From an uncultured virus (IMG/VR IMGVR_UViG_2684622556_000001) (lineage: Duplodnaviria; Heunggongvirae; Uroviricota; Caudoviricetes), in the IMG/VR virus record IMGVR_UViG_2684622556_000001: 20,000 nt of DNA. One strand, 5' to 3'. Below are positions 8,130-16,102 of this stretch, piece by piece. The position numbers and the translations under genes were made by a program. Under the pieces are notes generated by a model. The model saw only the letters and a program-made list of their open reading frames with translations, searched no databases and was not told the DNA's origin. Each line of letters starts with the position of its first letter. The first letter of the stretch is position 1.

Positions 8130-8178
8130 GCGGACTTAAAATCCGCACAGTGTCGGTTCGAGTCCGACTGGGGGCACC
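8130..8178 (+). other. att core: 3' half of tRNA-Leu(TAA), prophage right attachment site
   Basis: Anticodon arm GCGGA-CTTAAAA-TCCGC, T arm GTCGG-TTCGAGT-CCGAC, acceptor 3' strand TGGGGGC-A-CC; no 5' acceptor strand or D arm upstream. Confidence 0.9.
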
Positions 8179-8246
8179 GATATCGGTGCAGGTCAGGACG
8201 GTTTTCTGGTGGCCTGGCGACTGGTGTTCCTGCCGGGAGTGGTCAC

Positions 8247-8268
8247 CGCGTCCGTGTCGCGTCCGTGT
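8247..8268. repeat. Tandem 11-bp direct repeat, candidate arm-type sites of the second element
   Basis: CGCGTCCGTGT twice, exact and adjacent, about 70 bp right of the tRNA remnant. Confidence 0.6.
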
Positions 8269-8306
8269 ACGGATACAAACCGCCTGCGGCTGGTGTCGCC
8301 TTACGC

Positions 8307-9365
8307 TCAGACAGTGGTTGTCAGGATCGGCATCCTGCGAGCAATGCCAAGGTTGGAGGGCGCAGAGTTTTTGGTAATCCAATCCGAGGCGAGAGTAGTC
8401 ACCGTGGCCTTACCCACAAGCCGGGCAATCCGCACTTCGTGGGCAACCATGATCGCGGATGCAATCCGAACCATATCGAGTGCAACGCCACTTGACGCGA
8501 ATTCGGTAGTCGGGCCATCGGTGAACATTGCAGCTTCCTCGTAGTTCGCCTTGATGCGCAAACGGAAGAGGTAGTCCAGCATCGTGTACGGGCGGACGCC
8601 AGCTTCAACGGCTGCCCGTTCAGACGCCGTCAGATTAGAGGTACTTGAAAACCCTGGCTCCTTACGTGCTTTTTTGCCCTGCGTGAGCCGATCGGCCTCC
8701 TCCGTGTGCCATGCCTTCTTCTTCTCACGGGCTTTCTTCACGCGCGCTTCGTGCAGCTTCTTCTCCACTGCGTCATTGCGGGTGCTTCGAAGGGCAGTCG
8801 CCGCGATGTCCCAGCAATTCGTAGTACCGACTGTGGGCCAGCCGGTTACGCCCGCATCGATTGGCCTTCCTGGACCATTCGCATACGCTAAGGGGTTGGA
8901 CTTGCACCCTGGCATCGCGGCGAACGAAAACGGCTCTACAGCCGACTGGCGGTCCACCCACAACGTGCGCACCTGACTTTGCGTTTTCGGATGGTCAGTG
9001 GGTCGAGAGCGGCCCTCCGCGACGATCAGAGCTTGCGTTGCTGCATACCCGACGTAATAAGTCTGGACGCTGCCCCATGAGTTCGACAACCGAATGAGTT
9101 CGTCTTCTTCGAAATTGGAGGCGAGCCCCAGTAACAACTCTGTACCCCAGGCACGGTTCAGGCACTTCGCCATCTCGTCTATATCGACGGACGGGATGGC
9201 CTTCGGGACCGGAAATGCCGTGGCGACGCGTTGCGCCAACGTCTGTAGGACGGCTAGGTCTTTGTTGGGCCAATAAGTGAAACCCGCGAGTTGCGCGAAC
9301 GCCCGCAAATAATGCGCATGGGTTAGGAAGGACTTCTCCAGGGCATCGTTGACAGGGGTCGTCAC
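8307..9365 (-). CDS. HEPN-like protein with a large insertion
   Basis: VQTYYVGYAATQALIVAEG...TDH and YLFRLRIKANY resemble the two conserved HEPN segments; TAGCAT 6 nt before the GTG. Confidence 0.55.
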   Translation of the reverse strand: MTTPVNDALEKSFLTHAHYLRAFAQLAGFTYWPNKDLAVLQTLAQRVATAFPVPKAIPSVDIDEMAKCLNRAWGTELLLGLASNFEEDELIRLSNSWGSVQTYYVGYAATQALIVAEGRSRPTDHPKTQSQVRTLWVDRQSAVEPFSFAAMPGCKSNPLAYANGPGRPIDAGVTGWPTVGTTNCWDIAATALRSTRNDAVEKKLHEARVKKAREKKKAWHTEEADRLTQGKKARKEPGFSSTSNLTASERAAVEAGVRPYTMLDYLFRLRIKANYEEAAMFTDGPTTEFASSGVALDMVRIASAIMVAHEVRIARLVGKATVTTLASDWITKNSAPSNLGIARRMPILTTTV

Positions 9366-9426
9366 ACGGACATGCTATGAGGCTTGGCGCAACGTCGTCT
9401 GCACATTCAACTGGAGAGGCGGTGGC

Positions 9427-9579
9427 CTACCCTCCGGCGGATTTGTACGCGAGCCAGTCGGCTGCGGCCTGTACGTCGCTCGGTAACTTGCCTTCGATCT
9501 TCTGCACGCGCCTGGTTAGGGCTGCTAGGGCTTCCTGCAGCTCGGCCACCTGCGCGGCCAATTCGGTCTCGTTTGTCAT
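9427..9579 (-). CDS. Small coiled-coil protein (50 aa)
   Basis: LAAQVAELQEALAALTRRVQKIE heptads; TACCGT 7 nt before the ATG. Confidence 0.6.
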   Translation of the reverse strand: MTNETELAAQVAELQEALAALTRRVQKIEGKLPSDVQAAADWLAYKSAGG

Positions 9580-9741
9580 GGCGTCAACGGTATAGGCAGT
9601 CCCCAACACTCACGTCGCCTTTCGCAGCGGCAGCACCTGGGCCGCACCATAGGCAACGGTGACCACATTGCGTCCAAACCTTCGGAGCGGCCTGCACGTT
9701 TGTACACGAAACTGTCGCCCGTCCGCAGTACCGTCAGGTGC

Positions 9742-9981
9742 ATGGCTACAGTGATCTCTGGCGAGCACGTCGAGAGAAACCAGATCAACGACGATGTGGT
9801 CGTGGTCAGCGGCGGCGAGCTAACCTTGCGTGGCCAGATCAACGGAACGCTTACTGTCCGTTCGGGCGGCCAGGCCTACATCAACGGCCAAGTGGCCGAT
9901 CTTGTCATTGAAGACGGTGCGTCCGTTCAGCTGAACGGGATGGTGAACGGCACACTGACCGACCGCCGTGGGCAACCGTGA
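9742..9981 (+). CDS. Bactofilin-like beta-solenoid protein (79 aa)
   Basis: Repeats LRGQINGTLTV / INGQVADLVI / LNGMVNGTLT; TACCGT 7 nt before ATG 9742. Confidence 0.6.
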   Translation: MATVISGEHVERNQINDDVVVVSGGELTLRGQINGTLTVRSGGQAYINGQVADLVIEDGASVQLNGMVNGTLTDRRGQP

Positions 9982-10745
9982 TTCCGAGCTGGTTTCCCGA
10001 CGCGGACACATGGTCTGCCTGGGCGCAGATCGCCACCGTCGGCATTGCGGGTTGGGCGCTGATCTACGCGCGCGGACAGGTCAAGGAAGCTCGCGAGACA
10101 CGTGAACGCGTAGCGCAGCCGGATGTCGTGGTCTTCATTGAGCGCGACCCTCAGAACTGGCACTACATGGACCTGGTAATCAAGAACTTCGGCCAGACAC
10201 CGGCATACAACGTTCGTTTGACGTTGCCTCCGTTGGAGGTAGTGCCGTACGAAAACATGGCTACCGGAGAACAGGTCACCGAACTCTGGGTGCCAACCAA
10301 CATTGCCGTCTTAGCGCCAGGACAAGAGTGGAGAACTTCTTGGGACTCCGGTATCGAACGCGAAGAGTACAAAGGAGAACTCAAGAGTCAGTTCGGCGGA
10401 CGGGTCGACTTCGATGACGCGATGATCCCACCGAAGCGGAGCTATAACAATCCAATCTCGTTGGATGCCAACATGCTATGCAATTCACTGCGTGTGACGA
10501 CCGACAAGGCTAAGTCACCCGAAAAGGCCCTGTACAACATCGCAGAGACGCTCAAGGGTTACACAAAGCAGCACAGCGGTCTCTGGATTTACGGCGTTCC
10601 TGGCGAGGACGAACGCCAGTATCACGAGCAACGGGTTGCTGCCCTCAGAGCTAGAAGTCGACAGAACCTACGCGAATTGATGGGCAAGGGCGGACAACAA
10701 GACCAGCCCACGAACGCCGACCAAGAACCCGAGGGTAACCAATGA
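9978..10745 (+). CDS. Single-pass membrane protein of unknown function
   Basis: N-terminal TM (AWAQIATVGIAGWALIYA), then QPDVVV...LVIKNFGQTPAYNV beta-rich domain; GTGA overlap with the upstream gene. Confidence 0.75.
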   Translation: MIPSWFPDADTWSAWAQIATVGIAGWALIYARGQVKEARETRERVAQPDVVVFIERDPQNWHYMDLVIKNFGQTPAYNVRLTLPPLEVVPYENMATGEQVTELWVPTNIAVLAPGQEWRTSWDSGIEREEYKGELKSQFGGRVDFDDAMIPPKRSYNNPISLDANMLCNSLRVTTDKAKSPEKALYNIAETLKGYTKQHSGLWIYGVPGEDERQYHEQRVAALRARSRQNLRELMGKGGQQDQPTNADQEPEGNQ

Positions 10746-10751
10746 CGAGCC

Positions 10752-12125
10752 TTACGTTGCCTTTCGCTCTAGCGGCACAACGTTTCCCTTCGTGACGACC
10801 CCTCGCCCAACCTTCGGGGCAGCCTGTTCGTCTTCGTTGATGTAGTCCGCGTAGGTCGTCAGCGTGAGCACGAACGTGGAGTGTCCCAGCCACTTTGACA
10901 CCTGCATGTAGTGCTCGCCAGCGCTCAGGTTCATGGTGGCGAAGGTGTGGCGCAGGTCGTGGAAGCGGACAGCTCCAAGGCCAAGAGCCTTGCAGGCTGG
11001 CTGCAGGTAGTGCTCGTACAGGCTGGCCGCGCACACCGGCTTAGCCCAATCGAACACATGGCGATTGCGTCGGCCCGGGAACAGCGGTGCGATCCGGTAC
11101 TTGCCGGCAAACGGGTGAACCGTAGTTAGGTAGTCGCGTAGCTCATCGGCCAGCCACGGCGCTAGCGGCACTACGCGATCCGCGCTGGCATCGCTCTTGG
11201 GCGTGCCGTAGATCCACTCACGGTTCTTGCGCGATGCGGTGCGGACAACGCGAATGCTGCCCACCGTGCCCGGGATGTCCGACAGCGTCACGTCTTGGAC
11301 CTGAAGGCCCTGCAGCTCTGCGGCCCGAACACCGGTGTGGGCGGCGAACAGGATCGCCAGCGCGTAGACCTCGTTGCCCGGCCTGGTGTAGGTGCTGCCT
11401 TGTGGACCTGAAGAGTTGGCTGCGTCGCGACTGACAACCTGCTCGTTGGCGATCCAGTCGTGTACCGCCGCTACTTGGTTGGCGGTCAGTGGATGGTGCT
11501 TGAACGGCTGCGCGCTGCGCTTGGTGGTCCGGCGTCGGTTGGCGATGACCGGGTTGGCGGCAATGGCCTGATCATCCTGCGCCACATCCAGAATCCGCTT
11601 GAGCGTTCCGATGATGTGTTTCACCGTCTTCGGAGAGCGGGTAACCATATCGGGCAGGGTCGGGGAAGTGGGCTTGGCTCTGCCGTGACGGCGCTGGTGT
11701 GGCGATAGCAGCTGCGCGCGGAAACTGGCCACCTCAGCGGTGGTGATGGCCGCGACTGGCTTGCTACCGAACACTGGCGCAAGGTGCGTGCGGTAGATCT
11801 TCTCGTAGCCCTCGATGGTGGATTGGTCGATGGTGCCGACCAGCGAGTCAAGGTACTGACGGGCGTATGTGCCAAGCGGCGTGTTGGCCTTGGCCTTGGC
11901 CGCGCTGGGGTCCATGCCGTAGCCGGTGTCCAGCTGGTCCTCAACCTTGCGCAGATGCGCCTTGGCCTTGCGCTCGGTCGGAAAGGTCTCAGACGTCTCC
12001 TTAAACTCACCGGTTGGCGCGCCGAACTCGTCGCGCAGGGGCTCCAGCCAACGAACCTGGTACGAGACCGTCGGATTGCCGTACTTGTCGAGCCGCTTTG
12101 TCGTGCGCTTGCGGATGAATGCCAT
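10752..12125 (-). CDS. int: Tyrosine integrase of the second element
   Basis: SYQVRW arm-binding N-terminus; catalytic TGVRAAEL, HDLRH, LGH and TTYA. Confidence 0.95.
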   Translation of the reverse strand: MAFIRKRTTKRLDKYGNPTVSYQVRWLEPLRDEFGAPTGEFKETSETFPTERKAKAHLRKVEDQLDTGYGMDPSAAKAKANTPLGTYARQYLDSLVGTIDQSTIEGYEKIYRTHLAPVFGSKPVAAITTAEVASFRAQLLSPHQRRHGRAKPTSPTLPDMVTRSPKTVKHIIGTLKRILDVAQDDQAIAANPVIANRRRTTKRSAQPFKHHPLTANQVAAVHDWIANEQVVSRDAANSSGPQGSTYTRPGNEVYALAILFAAHTGVRAAELQGLQVQDVTLSDIPGTVGSIRVVRTASRKNREWIYGTPKSDASADRVVPLAPWLADELRDYLTTVHPFAGKYRIAPLFPGRRNRHVFDWAKPVCAASLYEHYLQPACKALGLGAVRFHDLRHTFATMNLSAGEHYMQVSKWLGHSTFVLTLTTYADYINEDEQAAPKVGRGVVTKGNVVPLERKAT

Positions 12126-12129
12126 AGTG

Positions 12130-12276
12130 TCACGAGTCCTTTGGTTCTTCGGTTGTCGTATCGGCCTCCAGCGCGCGATGGTGCGGGGTCAGTTTCCTAA
12201 CTGCCTCTAGCTCTTCGGGCGTTGCGAGGTATGCGCACTCGGGTTCGCCCGGGTCGCCGGGGTTAGCCGGGTTCAT
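12130..12276 (-). CDS. 48-aa ORF between the two recombinases (not in the ORF track)
   Basis: MNPANPGDPGEPECAYLATPEELEAVRKLTPHHRALEADTTTEEPKDS*; ATG overlaps the serine recombinase stop (TGATG) and the stop lies 4 nt before the integrase ATG. Confidence 0.5.
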   Translation of the reverse strand: MNPANPGDPGEPECAYLATPEELEAVRKLTPHHRALEADTTTEEPKDS

Positions 12277-12923
12277 CAGGCCACACCTTCGCGCTCAAGC
12301 ACACCGCGCACAGTGCTGTAACTCCATGTGCTGCTACGCGGTGCGGCGATGCCATCGGAGTCCAAAGCCTTAGCGATAGCCTTGGTTCCCTTTCCTGCGC
12401 TACGCAGTTCGACGATTCGGTCGATGGTTGCGCGTTCGATAGTGCTGGGCTTGCCGAGCTGCTTGCCGAGCTGTCGCGCTTTAATCAGCCCTTGCTTGGT
12501 GCGCTTGCTGATCAGCTCGCGCTCTTCCTCTGCAACTAGCAATCTCGCGTGTGCGGTGAGCTGTGAGACTGTGTCGCTATCGGTTCCGTCAAGGCCAACG
12601 ATTCGCCAACCTTCGGTCTTGGCGTCGGCTACCAGCTTCGCGCCGTCTGCCATGCTGCGACTGCTGCGGTCTAACGTGTTGACTACCAACACGTTCGCGA
12701 TGCCTGCCTGAATGGCTGTCACAGCGGCTATGCGTCCGTACAACTTATCGGTCTTGCGCCCACTCATCACGTCGACGTGCAGGCCGACCAGCTCCAAACT
12801 GTTGGCAGCGCAGTAGGAAAGCACCTGTTCCCGTTGTGCCTCTAGGCCGTAACCGCTCTCCGCTTGGCGCGTGGTCGAAACTCGTATGTAGCCAATTGCT
12901 TTGGGTGTTGGTGCTGTCGTCAT
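12276..12923 (-). CDS. Small serine recombinase (resolvase/invertase family) with C-terminal DNA-binding domain
   Basis: GYIRVST catalytic Ser, SG, LDRSSR, ERELISKRTKQGL; AAGGA RBS before ATG 12923. Confidence 0.9.
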   Translation of the reverse strand: MTTAPTPKAIGYIRVSTTRQAESGYGLEAQREQVLSYCAANSLELVGLHVDVMSGRKTDKLYGRIAAVTAIQAGIANVLVVNTLDRSSRSMADGAKLVADAKTEGWRIVGLDGTDSDTVSQLTAHARLLVAEEERELISKRTKQGLIKARQLGKQLGKPSTIERATIDRIVELRSAGKGTKAIAKALDSDGIAAPRSSTWSYSTVRGVLEREGVA

Positions 12924-13036
12924 CACTTCATCCTTCGGTGTTGGTTGTGGCGAGTGACGACCGTCACTCACCTCACCAAATACTTATAGCCGACCGCTCT
13001 ACCTCGAATTAATTGCTCGCACGGGCTATCTGGGTC

Positions 13037-14179
13037 TCAGTAGATGGATCGCCTGCGGTGCGCCGTGTAGCGCCTGTGTGGGCTTTCTGGATGGCGAACA
13101 GGCATCTCATGGCCGCGCTCATTGGTGACCCGAGCCAGATGCAACGTGCCTTCGTCCTCGCTCATGAGTTCACCGCTGGCGGGGTCTGGGATGGCCAGCT
13201 CGCTATATCTTGGGCGTTCGCGCCGTCTGTCCGCCGGGTGCGTGGGTCCAACACCGTCGCTTCGCGACGGCTGGCTTTCGTAGTGCCCGTTGCGTTCTGT
13301 CGGTGGGTCAAAAGACCGTTCTTCTGGTCTTGCTGCTGTGTCTTCTAGTCTTGTCGCCGGTTCTTGCCCGGCGGGCGTGGTCATCGAACTGCCACTAGGG
13401 GATTGGTTCGGGTACTCGTCAGAGGGTGAGCCTGTGCCGTAGTTCGGGCTGTAGTCGTTGTAGCCCCTGCGCGCTCTGCTCTGTTCTCGGGTCTCAGTCG
13501 TGATGCCCTCGAGAATCTGCTCATACGGCTTCGGCTCCATCGGGCCTAGCTCAACCTGAGTCGGCTTGGTGATGCCCGCACGGTCCAGAGCGCTGTTGGT
13601 CGCGCTCAGCTGCACAGTTTCGCTTTCGGCGGTTTCGCCAAGTCGTAGCAAGTTGGCTGCCATACGGTCAGCAGCGTTCTCCAGTCGGGCGCGAGCAGCT
13701 GCCTTGACGTGTGGGGCTGCACCGCCGTGAACTCTGCAGACTGTCGTGCCCTGCAGTGCGGCCTGCTTGCAGCGTTCGCCAGTCTTCTTATGTCCCTTGC
13801 ATCTACGGGATTGAGTCTGTGGGCTTTGCATTGCCCACCATTCGTCGCTCCACTTCGTAACCCCCAGGCTGTCATCGGGTTTGGAAGATGCGCGGGAGTC
13901 AGCGATCCGTGCCGGGAGAGAGATCCGGCGGCTCTCCGCCTCCTGTTCGTCCGAATCGGCCGTGCTGATAGGTCGAGGAGCGGATAGGTCGTACTGACGC
14001 ACCAACTCGGCCTGTGTAGGTGTCCGTATCGTTTCGCTCACGATCTCGACGTCGATGATTTCGGATTCGTCTTTGATCGAGTGGCCCAGGGCTTCCTCAA
14101 TTTCGGCGTCGCTCATGCCGGTGTCCCGAAGTGTCTGTATCGCCTTGCTCCGCTTTTTGCGAATCTCGATGCTACTCAT
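13037..14179 (-). CDS. HGGxSTG-type Zn-finger protein, terminase-small-subunit-like, with long disordered tail
   Basis: RCKGHKKTGERCKQAALQGTTVCRVHGG followed by AESETVQLSATNSALDRAG; GAAAGGA RBS. Confidence 0.6.
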   Translation of the reverse strand: MSSIEIRKKRSKAIQTLRDTGMSDAEIEEALGHSIKDESEIIDVEIVSETIRTPTQAELVRQYDLSAPRPISTADSDEQEAESRRISLPARIADSRASSKPDDSLGVTKWSDEWWAMQSPQTQSRRCKGHKKTGERCKQAALQGTTVCRVHGGAAPHVKAAARARLENAADRMAANLLRLGETAESETVQLSATNSALDRAGITKPTQVELGPMEPKPYEQILEGITTETREQSRARRGYNDYSPNYGTGSPSDEYPNQSPSGSSMTTPAGQEPATRLEDTAARPEERSFDPPTERNGHYESQPSRSDGVGPTHPADRRRERPRYSELAIPDPASGELMSEDEGTLHLARVTNERGHEMPVRHPESPHRRYTAHRRRSIY

Positions 14180-14214
14180 TGGTGTTCAGTCCTTTCGGTT
14201 GTAGCGGTCAGGAT

Positions 14215-14375
14215 TGGCGGGGGAGCGGGTGAAGTTTTGCCCGCCGGAAATCCTTACCGCCGCCTCGCTCGTGTAGTTCGATCTCTTAGGGTTCGAGGGC
14301 CTTACTTGATCTCTCTAAAATTTTCAGACGGCAAGGGAATTTTCGGCGGGGAAAGTTTCCCCCGCTCACCCGCCA
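14215..14375. repeat. Long imperfect inverted repeat, candidate replication origin
   Basis: 14215-14261 against the reverse complement of 14327-14375 matches at 39 of 49 columns by manual alignment; 65-bp spacer with GATCTCT twice and TAAAATTTT. Confidence 0.75.
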
Positions 14376-14387
14376 GCGCTGGCTGTT

Positions 14388-15971
14388 TCACTCCGTTCCC
14401 GCCTTCTCGTCGTCCTCGGCGGGCGGCACCAAAATCCATCGCTTAGTGCTGTCCTTGTTCTTCCCGCCGTCGTTCTCCACGCTCCACCCAGCAGCGCGCA
14501 GGCCGGGGGCATGCCGGGTCAACAGGTGCGTGACGGTCTTCGGGTGTTTGGGCCAGCCCTTCGGTGGCGGATCAACCCGATATGCTGCAGTTACAGCCTC
14601 TAGAACTTCCTTGCCCGTGTGCCCGTCCAGGCCCGTGTCGTAGCGCATCGCCACCAGTTGCGCGATGAATGGATCATCTTGCGCGGTCTCGGTCAGAGCT
14701 CGCTTTCGCCGAGACAGATACAGAGGCAGAGACTTCGGGTTGTGGTTGAACTCTTGGTCAAAACAGTTGAGGGTGAGCGCAAAGTCCGCCATGCGCGGCA
14801 GCTTGTCCGGTCGCGGGGTGTGCGGAAGCTTGTGATGTACCTTGGCTGCGATGCTCAGCAGCCCGCCGAGGATTCTCGGGTGGTCCTTGCTCCACTCGGC
14901 CGCAAGATCGCCTTCGGGGACTCGTTTGTCTTCCGGTATGTGTTGCAAGGTGAACGGGACAAGGCGGTCGGCCAGGTCACCGCGTATGTGTTCCATCGAG
15001 ATTCCGTTGAATACGATGGGCCGCCGGAACACGAACAACGCGAGGTCTTCATCGGTGTATAGAGCGCGCGTCTTCAGACCGCTGCCGGTTGCGGTGCGGC
15101 ACATGGCGTCTGACAGCCAGAACGGTAGGTCCGAGAGGTTGTCCAAAGCCACGACCCAGCTGGTGGCAGCTGTGAGAATCCAGTCCTGGAGGCTCTTCGG
15201 TGGTGAGTTGTGCGGGGTCACAGCTGGGTCAATCAGCCGAGCGAAATGCACTGTGCTGCTCGTTTTCGCCGTTCCCTGTTCACCGTCAAGGTGGACAATC
15301 GGCTTTGCGGTGTTGGGGTTGATGATGAAATCCACCGCCGTGCCGACGACTAGGGCTCGCTCGTCTCTGGCAACGGGCACGTAGCGAAACAGGCGACTGA
15401 CCTTGCCGCCGCGCGCTGGCTCCACCATGGCGGCGGTGTCCTGCGTGCGCCGAAACTTGTACGGGCACTCTGTGACCACCTTCCAGTCACCGCCGCTGAT
15501 CTTGATCACCCGGTTGGCGGCATCGGCCATGTCGAGATACACGGCCTCGCTGTCACCGGCTACACGTACGTACGTTTCGGCTGGCTCGGTGCGGAGGGCG
15601 ATGCCTTCAAGTGTCACCATGGCTTCTCCCAGCGCGCTCGCTGCCGCCACGATCTGGTTGCGCTCGTAGTAGTCCCATGCAAGGCGTTGCTGAAGCGCCA
15701 GTTGCTTGCTCTTTAGGGGAAAAGTGACGTGAGGTGCCTCTAGGTGATACGCGAACGTTTTGCCGTTCGGTGTTATGCCGAACCCGTACTGAGCCTCGGC
15801 CAGACGGACCAATTGTGTTGCAACGCTGGGCTTCTTCTTGGCTTCCGTCACATTCTTAGCCTGGGCTTCCAGCTCTTCTACCTCTGCAAGCAGTGCGTCC
15901 AAATCCACGGGCTCAGAGGATCGGCCGGCACTGCCGCCGCCGTGCGAGTCGTCGGCTATCCTGGCAGACAT
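14388..15971 (-). CDS. P-loop ATPase, putative SF3-like replicative helicase
   Basis: Walker A GEQGTAKT, Walker B VVALDN, IVFNGI sensor-like segment, DLADR; GAAAGGA RBS. Confidence 0.75.
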   Translation of the reverse strand: MSARIADDSHGGGSAGRSSEPVDLDALLAEVEELEAQAKNVTEAKKKPSVATQLVRLAEAQYGFGITPNGKTFAYHLEAPHVTFPLKSKQLALQQRLAWDYYERNQIVAAASALGEAMVTLEGIALRTEPAETYVRVAGDSEAVYLDMADAANRVIKISGGDWKVVTECPYKFRRTQDTAAMVEPARGGKVSRLFRYVPVARDERALVVGTAVDFIINPNTAKPIVHLDGEQGTAKTSSTVHFARLIDPAVTPHNSPPKSLQDWILTAATSWVVALDNLSDLPFWLSDAMCRTATGSGLKTRALYTDEDLALFVFRRPIVFNGISMEHIRGDLADRLVPFTLQHIPEDKRVPEGDLAAEWSKDHPRILGGLLSIAAKVHHKLPHTPRPDKLPRMADFALTLNCFDQEFNHNPKSLPLYLSRRKRALTETAQDDPFIAQLVAMRYDTGLDGHTGKEVLEAVTAAYRVDPPPKGWPKHPKTVTHLLTRHAPGLRAAGWSVENDGGKNKDSTKRWILVPPAEDDEKAGTE

Positions 15972-16102
15972 CAGTTTCCTTTCGGCGACTGTTGGCCCGT
16001 TGAGTCCCTACAACTTCCGGGCCTTCCGTCGCTTTGTTTGTGCGCTCCATCGCGCTACGCGCCTTTCCGGCGTTAAGTCGGGTGGTTGATCTTGTGGTCT
16101 GC

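Larger units (their letters stand above)
1..8178. mobile_element. Right end of a temperate mycobacteriophage-like prophage (lysis cassette to integrase/att); left part lies outside the window
   Basis: lysA-holin-lysB cassette, phage-type small genes, and a tyrosine integrase next to a tRNA 3'-half duplication at 8130-8178. Confidence 0.92.

Noticed and set aside
4951..8130. Polymorphic toxin-immunity / ESX-secreted cassette near the prophage end
   Set aside because: No WXG100 or large toxin ORF is present
8100..8178. Complete functional tRNA-Leu gene
   Set aside because: Only the anticodon arm, T arm and 3' acceptor strand are present; upstream sequence lacks the complementary GCCCCCA and a D arm, so it is an att duplication
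7947..8495. 182-aa plus-strand ORF across the att site, and other long antisense ORFs (e.g. 1786..2373, 6822..7412, 18155..18913)
   Set aside because: They overlap well-supported genes or the att site on the opposite strand or frame; typical shadow ORFs of GC-rich DNA
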